A stretch of DNA of 64,000 nt from a virus. Its lineage: Duplodnaviria; Caudoviricetes. The stretch covers positions 1 through 64,000 of the IMG/VR virus record IMGVR_UViG_3300031760_000028. One strand, written 5' to 3'. The notes beneath the pieces were generated by a model. It worked only from the letters and a program-made list of their open reading frames with translations. It ran no database searches and was not told the DNA's origin. Below, in pieces: positions 1 to 7,277 of the stretch. Numbering within the stretch: position 1 is the first letter of the stretch; each line of letters starts with the position of its first letter. The translations under genes and the position numbers were made by a program.

Positions 1-1
1 A

Positions 2-106
2 GCTGATAATGATAGAGCAATCCACGTTTATGAGAAGTTCGGGTTTAAGAAAACAAAACCGACAATGTATTTGATGGAGGTAAACGCTGATGAAGATTGT
101 GATTGA
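2..106 (+). CDS. 3' end of a GNAT-family acetyltransferase (truncated by window start)
   Basis: Manual translation from nt 2: ADNDRAIHVYEKFGFKKTKPTMYLMEVNADEDCD*. NxRAIxVYEKFGF matches the GNAT C-terminal N-x-x-A-x-x-x-Y-E-K-x-G-F motif. Confidence 0.7.
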   Translation, partial: ADNDRAIHVYEKFGFKKTKPTMYLMEVNADEDCD

Positions 107-356
107 ATTATCAGAAGAAGATTATAATGACATTACACTAACAGGAAAAAATACAATCAATCTCGGTGTATTACTTACTTTACGAAAAGCGGTCAGAAAC
201 GGCATACCACTTCCAAAAGGACACGGTGCGTTGAAAGATACAGACAAAATTATAAGTGATGGAATCAGCAAAGGATTCTGCGATTGGTATGATGAAATAA
301 AGTATGCTGAAACAATCATAGAAGCAGATAAGGCAGAAAGTGAGGATAAGGAATGA
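90..356 (+). CDS. Hypothetical phage protein (88 aa)
   Basis: GGAGG RBS upstream; overlaps neighbours; GIPLPKGHG and IIEADKAESE segments resemble small clostridial phage ORFs. Confidence 0.75.
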   Translation: MKIVIELSEEDYNDITLTGKNTINLGVLLTLRKAVRNGIPLPKGHGALKDTDKIISDGISKGFCDWYDEIKYAETIIEADKAESEDKE

Positions 357-544
357 GTAATGCTAAAATCTGTGACCGATGCGGTCAAACTATAAAGTTG
401 TTTGAGTACGAACCCGATAAAGATGAAGCGTGGAGATATGAAGTGATTAGAGACTGTCACCCTTATCCAGATAGGGTAAAGATTGATTTGTGTAAGGATT
501 GTAAAAAAGATTTGGTAAGATGGTTAGGGATAAATAGAAAGTGA
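353..544 (+). CDS. Small putative Zn-binding protein (63 aa)
   Basis: CDRC and CKDC pairs; ATGA overlap with upstream stop. Confidence 0.7.
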   Translation: MSNAKICDRCGQTIKLFEYEPDKDEAWRYEVIRDCHPYPDRVKIDLCKDCKKDLVRWLGINRK

Positions 545-553
545 GAGAGAAAA

Positions 554-1090
554 ATGAATAAAATTTGGTTGACTTCTGATTTACATTTTTGTCATGATAG
601 GGATTTCATCTATAAACCACGAGGGTTCGACTCAGTACATGAAATGAATGAACAGATAATTAAAAATTTTAATGAAGTAATGGATTGGGATGATGAGTTG
701 TATATTTTAGGAGATTGCTTTCTTAATGATAATAAAGAAGGTATGTCTTATATGCGACAACTGCCAGGTAAAAAACATATAATCTGGGGTAATCACTGCA
801 CAATAGCTCGTCAAGAATTAATGTGGCTAGAAAATTTTGATTGTCTTGGATATGCTAATACATTAAAATATAATGGTTATCATTTTTTCCTTTGTCATTA
901 TCCTACTATGACATCGAATTTTGATACAAATAAACCATTAAAAACACGGATTCTGTCTTTAAGTGGACATACTCATGCTAAAAATATTTGGGACGCGGCG
1001 GGTGGCTATAATGTAGCACTGGATGCTCATAATTGTTATCCTGTTGAGATTAATGAAATTATAGAAGCTTTTAAGGAACATCGGACTTGA
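554..1090 (+). CDS. Calcineurin-like metallophosphoesterase
   Basis: Motifs TSDLHFCH, LGD, GNH(C), FLCHYP, SGHTH. Confidence 0.9.
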   Translation: MNKIWLTSDLHFCHDRDFIYKPRGFDSVHEMNEQIIKNFNEVMDWDDELYILGDCFLNDNKEGMSYMRQLPGKKHIIWGNHCTIARQELMWLENFDCLGYANTLKYNGYHFFLCHYPTMTSNFDTNKPLKTRILSLSGHTHAKNIWDAAGGYNVALDAHNCYPVEINEIIEAFKEHRT

Positions 1091-1115
1091 CATTATTCAA
1101 AATTTTTTATATAAT
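1087..1115 (+). promoter_or_regulatory. sigmaA-type promoter
   Basis: TTGACA-17 bp-TATAAT; the -35 contains the TGA stop of the upstream gene. Confidence 0.85.
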
Positions 1116-1181
1116 ATTAATATAGAAAGTTAAATCAAACAACTAATTATATAATATATTATATAGGAGATATAAGAACTT

Positions 1182-1658
1182 ATGAAAATTATTTCATGTG
1201 AATATGATGAAAAAACTGGGCGGACAGTCGCAAAATTAGGTACTGAATTAGGTATCTTTATAGGACAGTCTTTTTTTAATAAAGAAAAAGATCCTTTGCG
1301 CCCTTCTCGATTAATAGGCGGACAGTTAGCTGAAAATAACGCTTATCAACGTTATTATCAACAAATATTAAAAAATCAAAAGCAAGAATTGAAAGGGCTG
1401 AATCGTTTACTTGCCGCAATGCCAGATAATATACAAGGTAAGAAATACGCGAAAAATTTATATAATACAATTAAAACAGAAATTAGCGAAACTAAATGGA
1501 CTCTTATTGAATTACAAGAAAGACGCAGTCAAATTATTGAAGGTAGAGCTATATATATTCGCTCCCGTACAATAGATAAAGAGGAGCGCGCACAGATGTT
1601 ACAATCATTAGGTGATAGTTTAGCCTCTTTATCAAATATAAATAAGGACAAAGATTAA
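1182..1658 (+). CDS. Hypothetical protein (158 aa)
   Basis: AGGAGA RBS and own promoter; helical/coiled-coil C-terminal half; no motif recognised. Confidence 0.8.
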   Translation: MKIISCEYDEKTGRTVAKLGTELGIFIGQSFFNKEKDPLRPSRLIGGQLAENNAYQRYYQQILKNQKQELKGLNRLLAAMPDNIQGKKYAKNLYNTIKTEISETKWTLIELQERRSQIIEGRAIYIRSRTIDKEERAQMLQSLGDSLASLSNINKDKD

Positions 1659-1685
1659 TAATTTACCTCTCCTATTTTTGATATA
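1646..1685 (+). promoter_or_regulatory. Putative class II (non-sigmaA) promoter before phoH-holin-endolysin
   Basis: GGAC 1646, ATAA at +12, TTTTG-ATATA at +35; same geometry as four other sites. Confidence 0.6.
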
Positions 1686-1724
1686 TTATATATTTATAAT
1701 ATTTTAAGATAGGAGAGATTTTTT
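1667..1724 (+). terminator. Long hairpin with U-tract that also occludes the phoH RBS
   Basis: CTCTCCTAT (1667-1675) / ATAGGAGAG (1709-1717); inner ATATTATA / TATAATAT (1683-1690 / 1695-1702); followed by ATTTTTT just before ATG 1726. Confidence 0.55.
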
Positions 1725-1725
1725 C

Positions 1726-2973
1726 ATGTACTTTTACGATACTTGCACCTTATTAAAAAAATATAACGAAATTTTTAAACGTATTCATGATGAATCTTTT
1801 GTTATAAGTAATTTAACGCTGATGGAATTAGAAAATATAAAGACTTCAAAGAATAAAGATAATGAAGTTAAATATAAAGCTAAGAAAGTAAGTCAGCTAT
1901 TAAATTATTATTATGGGCAATACGAGTGTATTAATTATGAAAAAGAGTGGGATCGTATATATATTGACTCAAATCCAGTTCTCTTAGATAATAATGATAC
2001 TCGTATAGTTATTTCTGCCTTCGTATATTCAGATGCTCACCCTGATGTTATTTTTGTTACTGATGATGTGAATTGTAACAATATCGCGCGAAGTCTAGGG
2101 TTAACAACTAATGTACTAACACAATTTCATAATATCAATATTAATACGGGCTATTTAGTTCGCACTTGTTTTTCAGAAAATGAAATGAATGATATTTACG
2201 ACCGCATTGAAAATAATGATAATTTTGGTTTATTAGAAAATCAATATTTAATGGTTCAACAAGATAATAATATTATAGATAGTTTTGTATACACAAAAGG
2301 GAAAATGCGGAGAGTTCCTTTTCAGAGTTGCAATTCTAAAGAATTTGGAGAAGTTAAGCCTTTAGACGCTTTCCAAAAAATTGCAATTCATTCCTTAAAG
2401 AATAATAAATTAACCATGTTAAGAGGGGCGGCGGGAACCGGTAAATCGCTCTTAGGGTTGGGGTATTTATTTGAATGTCTTGAAAGTAATAAAATTGATA
2501 AGATTATTATTTTTTGTAATACTGTTGCGACAAAAAGTTCTGCTAAATTAGGGTATTACCCCGGCTCCCGCACAGAAAAACTTCTTGACTCACAAATAGG
2601 TAACTTTTTAGCTTCAAAATTAGGTAGTCGTATTGAAGTGGAGCGTATGATTCATGACGAAACTCTTATTCTTCTTCCAATGTCTGATATTAGAGGATTT
2701 GATACAACAGGTATGAACGCAGGAATTTATATCACAGAAGCGCAAAATCTTGATATAGAACTAATGAAGCTCGCGCTACAGCGAATTGGAGAAGATGCAA
2801 TTTGTATCCTCGATGGAGATAGCGAGACACAGGTTGATTTAGATATTTATTCTGGAGAGAATAATGGTATGAGAAGAGTATCTGAAGTATTTTCGGGACA
2901 GCCTTTTTATGGAGAAGTGACCTTACCAATTTGTCATAGATCAACAATAGCTGCTATTGCTGATAAAATGTAA
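1726..2973 (+). CDS. phoH: PIN-domain + PhoH ATPase fusion (PhoH2-like)
   Basis: N-terminal PIN motifs YDTCTLL, NNDTRI, FVTDDVN; Walker A GAAGTGKS; PhoH motifs RG..TEAQN and ILDGDSETQVDL. Confidence 0.88.
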   Translation: MYFYDTCTLLKKYNEIFKRIHDESFVISNLTLMELENIKTSKNKDNEVKYKAKKVSQLLNYYYGQYECINYEKEWDRIYIDSNPVLLDNNDTRIVISAFVYSDAHPDVIFVTDDVNCNNIARSLGLTTNVLTQFHNININTGYLVRTCFSENEMNDIYDRIENNDNFGLLENQYLMVQQDNNIIDSFVYTKGKMRRVPFQSCNSKEFGEVKPLDAFQKIAIHSLKNNKLTMLRGAAGTGKSLLGLGYLFECLESNKIDKIIIFCNTVATKSSAKLGYYPGSRTEKLLDSQIGNFLASKLGSRIEVERMIHDETLILLPMSDIRGFDTTGMNAGIYITEAQNLDIELMKLALQRIGEDAICILDGDSETQVDLDIYSGENNGMRRVSEVFSGQPFYGEVTLPICHRSTIAAIADKM

Positions 2974-3000
2974 ATTTAAAAATAAAGGAGGATAAAAGAT

Positions 3001-3405
3001 ATGGGTTTTTTAACTTTTATTAAACAATATTGGTTTTTAATTATCATAGCTATTGCAATTACGAGTGATATTACAATCATGATTTATCAGTGGCTAAAAA
3101 AACCAACTGAAGAACAGCTTGATAAAGTAAAGGAATGGCTTGTGTTTGCAGTAGCAGACGCAGAAAAATATCTAGGCAGTGGTACTGGTCAGATGAAGCT
3201 TAGATATGTTTATGATATGTTTGTTACGAAGTTCCCTGCTATTGCAGTATTTCTTTCTTTTGAACAGTTTTCAAAGATGGTAGATGGAGCACTTGATAAA
3301 TTTAATGAACTAATCAAAACTAATAATAATATTAAAGACTTTTACACCGAGCAAACTGTGACTCCCATTGAACAAGAGGAGGTACAAAAAGATGAAGAAA
3401 TCTGA
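3001..3405 (+). CDS. Holin, LL-H-like family
   Basis: N-terminal TM segment; KEWLVFAVADAEKYLGSGTGQMKLRYVYD signature; directly upstream of the endolysin. Confidence 0.8.
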   Translation: MGFLTFIKQYWFLIIIAIAITSDITIMIYQWLKKPTEEQLDKVKEWLVFAVADAEKYLGSGTGQMKLRYVYDMFVTKFPAIAVFLSFEQFSKMVDGALDKFNELIKTNNNIKDFYTEQTVTPIEQEEVQKDEEI

Positions 3406-4378
3406 CCTTGCAACAGTAGTAGTAGATTTTGGTACTACTAAAAGTAATCCAAGAGGGAATAATAAGATTATAGGTATTACACCTCATCATATGGCAGGGA
3501 AAATGACTGCGGAAGCTTGTGCAAAATCGCATAGAGATAATGCAAATATATCTTCTAGTGCAAACTATTATATAGGATATGATGGAACTATTTGCGCTGG
3601 AGTCTCTGAAGATCGCAGAGCTTGGACTTCTGCAAATAGAAATAATGACTATACACATATTACTTTTGAAGTTTCTAATGATGGCGGCGCGCCAGATTGG
3701 CATATCTCAGACGCATCATACAAGGCTCTTGTAAGACTTTGCGCAGACATCTGTAAAAGATATGATATTAAACCTCACTTTACTGGGAAACCAGATGGAA
3801 CTATTACATACCATCAGATGTTTGCAAATACAGATTGTCCAGGACCATATTTAAAAAATCTTATTGATAGTGGTAAATTTGAATCAGATATACAGCAAGC
3901 TATGGGCGGGGAAACTGTGCAGACAGATACCGCTCCTGTTGTTACGCCAACTTCGCAGACACTAAATTTAAAGCAGGGTGATATAATTAAACTTAAAGAG
4001 GGTGCAACATATTATAATGGAAAGGCCATTCCTTCTTGGGTAGTTAAATCTAAATTATATTATAGAGGAGTTAATAACAATGGGGTAATTATTAGCACAT
4101 TACAAGAAGGCAATATCACAGGAGTTGTTAAACCAGAAGATATTATCCAATCTAATCAAGAAACAAAAATAAAGCAATCGTCTTCTTATACTACTAAAAT
4201 TACTGTATCGAGTTTAAATGTAAGAACTGGCCCAGGCACTAATCATCCTGTTACAACAGTAGTGAGTAAAAATGAGGTTTTTACTATAGTAGATGAAGAA
4301 AATGGATGGGGTTTATTAAAGAGCTATCAGTCTAATCGTAATGGATGGATTTATTTAAAGTATACTCAAAAAATATAA
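3392..4378 (+). CDS. Endolysin: Amidase_2 N-acetylmuramoyl-L-alanine amidase + cell-wall-binding/SH3b domains
   Basis: ITPHHMAG, TFEVSN, YHQMFANTDCPG catalytic motifs; C-terminal SLNVRTGPG...GWI SH3b. Start moved from 3368 to ATG 3392 because the GAGGAGG RBS is at 3376-3382. Confidence 0.9.
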   Translation: MKKSDLATVVVDFGTTKSNPRGNNKIIGITPHHMAGKMTAEACAKSHRDNANISSSANYYIGYDGTICAGVSEDRRAWTSANRNNDYTHITFEVSNDGGAPDWHISDASYKALVRLCADICKRYDIKPHFTGKPDGTITYHQMFANTDCPGPYLKNLIDSGKFESDIQQAMGGETVQTDTAPVVTPTSQTLNLKQGDIIKLKEGATYYNGKAIPSWVVKSKLYYRGVNNNGVIISTLQEGNITGVVKPEDIIQSNQETKIKQSSSYTTKITVSSLNVRTGPGTNHPVTTVVSKNEVFTIVDEENGWGLLKSYQSNRNGWIYLKYTQKI

Positions 4379-4388
4379 ATCTAATATA

Positions 4389-4424
4389 AGAGGGTTTCAT
4401 ATATATGAAACCCTCTATTTTTTT
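4389..4424 (+). terminator. Intrinsic terminator after endolysin
   Basis: AGAGGGTTTCAT-ATAT-ATGAAACCCTCT (12-bp stem) followed by a T-run. Confidence 0.85.
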
Positions 4425-4451
4425 GACTTTTTTAAAAAATTTTTATATTAT
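4423..4451 (+). promoter_or_regulatory. sigmaA-type promoter (upstream tandem promoter of gyrB)
   Basis: TTGACT-17-TATTAT. Confidence 0.6.
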
Positions 4452-4513
4452 ATTATATTAAGAAAGAATTAAGAAATTATGCAATAACTAGAATTGCAGA
4501 ATCTTCCCATAAT

Positions 4514-4542
4514 TTGACAAAAAATAAAAAATATGATATAAT
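4514..4542 (+). promoter_or_regulatory. sigmaA-type promoter of gyrB
   Basis: TTGACA-17-TATAAT with extended TG. Confidence 0.88.
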
Positions 4543-4572
4543 TTATATATAATAAAATAAGGAGAGAAAATA

Positions 4573-6507
4573 ATGAGTGTACAAAATAATACAAGTTATA
4601 CAGCCGAATCGGTTAAGACTCTTGAAGGTTTAACACCTTTTAGACAATCTCCAGGTATGTACATTGGTTCAACAGATGTTAATGGTCTATTTCATATCGT
4701 TAAAGAAATAGTTAATAATAGCGTTGACGAAAAATTAAATGGTAATTGTAATAAAATTATTGTTACGTTACTTAAGGATGGCGGGATTAGCATTGAAGAT
4801 AATGGTAGAGGATTCCCACATGGTATGCAGGATGAAACTTTTTCTGTATTAGGTGCTTGTTTTGGAAAAGAGCATACTGGTGGTAAATTCTTAAACGATG
4901 GCGAGTCTGGATATAACTCATCCGGTGGTATGCATGGTATAGGATGTAAATGTGCGGCTGCGCTTGGTATTAAAACAGTTGCATATTCTTACAGAGATGG
5001 TATTGAGGAAATGGTTGAGTTTTCTCAGGGAGATATGCTAAAGCAGATTACAGATGGTAAGTGCGCAAAAGATAAGCATGGAACTCTTGTGATTTGGTAC
5101 CCAGATAAAGAAATCTTCAAAGAAACGCAAGAATTTGACAGAACTAGAATAGAAAAAGAACTTTGTCGAGAATACAGCTTCCTTAATAGTGGTCTTACTT
5201 TTGTTATGAAAGATGAAAGGGACGGATACGAAAAAACTTATTATTCAGAAAATGGTATAAGAGACTATCTTGATTTTTTAAATGGTAGTAATGATTATAT
5301 TCTTCATCCATTATGTCTTTCTGCAGAAGAAGGTTCATTTAGTATTGAAGTAGGTATAGCATATAATTCAAATTATGCGTCTACTATTAAACTTTATACA
5401 AATAGCGTACCACAATTTAAAGGTACTCATTTAACAGGATTTAAGACTGCATGGACTACTGCAATTAATAAATTTGCAAGAGAAAATAAGTGGCTTAAAG
5501 ATAAAGATGAAAACCTTACAGGTGACGACCTTGCAGAAGGACAGATTTTAATTATTAACTTTAAGATGATTAATCCTATCTTTGAAGGTCAGGTTAAGGG
5601 TAATCTTACTTCTGCGGAAGGTAGAACTTATACTAACAAATTAATTTCTAATTGTATTTATGATTATTTAAATGCATCAAAAGCAGAAGTAAAGGAAGTA
5701 GTACAAAAAGGTCTTAATGCAAGAAAGGTGCGCGAAGCTGCTAAAAAAGCTAGAGAAGCTGCAAGAGGAGAAAAGAAGAAGAAAGAAAAAGCATTAAAAT
5801 TTGATTCAAAACTTGCAGACTGTTATTCAAAAGATAGAAGTAAATGTGAAATATATATAACAGAGGGTGATTCAGCATCAGGTAACTTAAAAATGGCGCG
5901 AAACAATGAGTTTGTCGCAGTACTCCCTGTGCGTGGTAAAATTCTAAATGTAAGAAAAGCTACTTTGGATAAGATTCAAAAAAATGCAGAAATTATGACT
6001 ATGATAGATGCGTTTGGTTTAAAAGTAGATACAAAAACAATGAAATTAACTTTTGATGAGTCAGATCTTCGATATGGGAAAATTATAATCGAGAGTGATG
6101 CTGACACGGATGGAAATCATATTAAAAATCTTTTTTATACTTTTATATGGACTTTTTGTCCTAAATTAATAGAAGAAGGATATGTTTATGCAGGGGTGCC
6201 ACCTCTTTATAAAATAACACTTGGTAAAGATACTTATATTTATTTAAAAGATGATGCAGAACTTGAAAAATTTAGAAATGAACATAAAGGTAAAAAATAT
6301 TTAGTTAATAGACTTAAGGGTCTCGGTGAAATGAGTGTAGAAGAAACTGGTATATTGGTTGATCCAGATAAGAGAATAATCAAACAAATTTCAGTCGAAG
6401 ATATAAAAAATACAAATAAATTATTTGATGATTTAATGGGGACTGCTGTATTACCTCGTAAAAACTTTATTCAGAAATATAGCAAAGATGCAAACTATGA
6501 GGGATAA
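4573..6507 (+). CDS. gyrB: Type IIA topoisomerase B subunit (GyrB/ParE-like)
   Basis: GHKL motifs EIVNNSVDE, DNGRG, GGKF; TOPRIM EGDSA, PVRGKILNV, DADTDG. Confidence 0.93.
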   Translation: MSVQNNTSYTAESVKTLEGLTPFRQSPGMYIGSTDVNGLFHIVKEIVNNSVDEKLNGNCNKIIVTLLKDGGISIEDNGRGFPHGMQDETFSVLGACFGKEHTGGKFLNDGESGYNSSGGMHGIGCKCAAALGIKTVAYSYRDGIEEMVEFSQGDMLKQITDGKCAKDKHGTLVIWYPDKEIFKETQEFDRTRIEKELCREYSFLNSGLTFVMKDERDGYEKTYYSENGIRDYLDFLNGSNDYILHPLCLSAEEGSFSIEVGIAYNSNYASTIKLYTNSVPQFKGTHLTGFKTAWTTAINKFARENKWLKDKDENLTGDDLAEGQILIINFKMINPIFEGQVKGNLTSAEGRTYTNKLISNCIYDYLNASKAEVKEVVQKGLNARKVREAAKKAREAARGEKKKKEKALKFDSKLADCYSKDRSKCEIYITEGDSASGNLKMARNNEFVAVLPVRGKILNVRKATLDKIQKNAEIMTMIDAFGLKVDTKTMKLTFDESDLRYGKIIIESDADTDGNHIKNLFYTFIWTFCPKLIEEGYVYAGVPPLYKITLGKDTYIYLKDDAELEKFRNEHKGKKYLVNRLKGLGEMSVEETGILVDPDKRIIKQISVEDIKNTNKLFDDLMGTAVLPRKNFIQKYSKDANYEG

Positions 6508-6509
6508 AA

Positions 6510-7277
6510 ATGGCAGGAAAAGCAAAGGATTTAACAGGATATACAACTCCAGAAGGAGTTGTAGTCCTTAAACGAGTTGAAAATAAAGGTAATAAGCCAC
6601 AATGGTTATGTAGATGTTTTTGTGGAAATGAATTTATTACAAGAAGTGACGCTTTAAAATCAGGTCATACTAAATCTTGTGGGTGTTTACAAAAGAAAAA
6701 AGCTAAAGAGCAATTAATTACATATAATAAAAGTTTATCTTTAGATTTAACAAATCAAAGATTTGGTAAATTAATTGCTTTAGAGCCAACTGAAGAAAGG
6801 AGTGGCACCTCTGTTATATGGTTATGCAAATGTGACTGTGGAAATAAATGTAAAGTAAGTGCTGCTCATTTGACTAAACATGATGGCACTCAAAGTTGTG
6901 GATGTATTCAATCTTTAGGTGAAGCAAAAATTAAAAAAATTTTAGACGAAAATAATATTAAATATAGCACACAATATTATTTTTCATCTTGTCGTTTTCC
7001 TGATACGAATGGTATTGCAAGATTTGATTTTTTTGTAGATAATAAATATTTAATTGAGTATGATGGAAATGTTCATTATTGTACAAATAATTGTGGTTGG
7101 AATAATGAGCAAAATTTGACAAAAGTAAAAGAACATGATAAAATAAAAAACAAATATTGTATAAAAAATAAAATTCCTTTAATTAGAATTCCTTATACAA
7201 TATATGATAATTTATCTTTAAAAGATTTATTATTAGAAACAAGCAAATATCTTATTAAAGGAGAATATAATGAATAG
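6510..7277 (+). CDS. Free-standing putative homing endonuclease (Cys-rich repeats + Vsr/DUF559-like EDxHD-type nuclease)
   Basis: Two WLCxCxCG...SCGC repeats, then RFDFFVD..LIEYDGNVHY nuclease-like motif; wedged between gyrB and gyrA. Confidence 0.75.
   Translation: MAGKAKDLTGYTTPEGVVVLKRVENKGNKPQWLCRCFCGNEFITRSDALKSGHTKSCGCLQKKKAKEQLITYNKSLSLDLTNQRFGKLIALEPTEERSGTSVIWLCKCDCGNKCKVSAAHLTKHDGTQSCGCIQSLGEAKIKKILDENNIKYSTQYYFSSCRFPDTNGIARFDFFVDNKYLIEYDGNVHYCTNNCGWNNEQNLTKVKEHDKIKNKYCIKNKIPLIRIPYTIYDNLSLKDLLLETSKYLIKGEYNE

Noticed and set aside
6510-7277. Endonuclease between gyrB and gyrA as part of an intron
   Set aside because: Both flanking genes have complete termini; only 2 nt separate it from gyrB and it overlaps gyrA, leaving no room for a ribozyme core.
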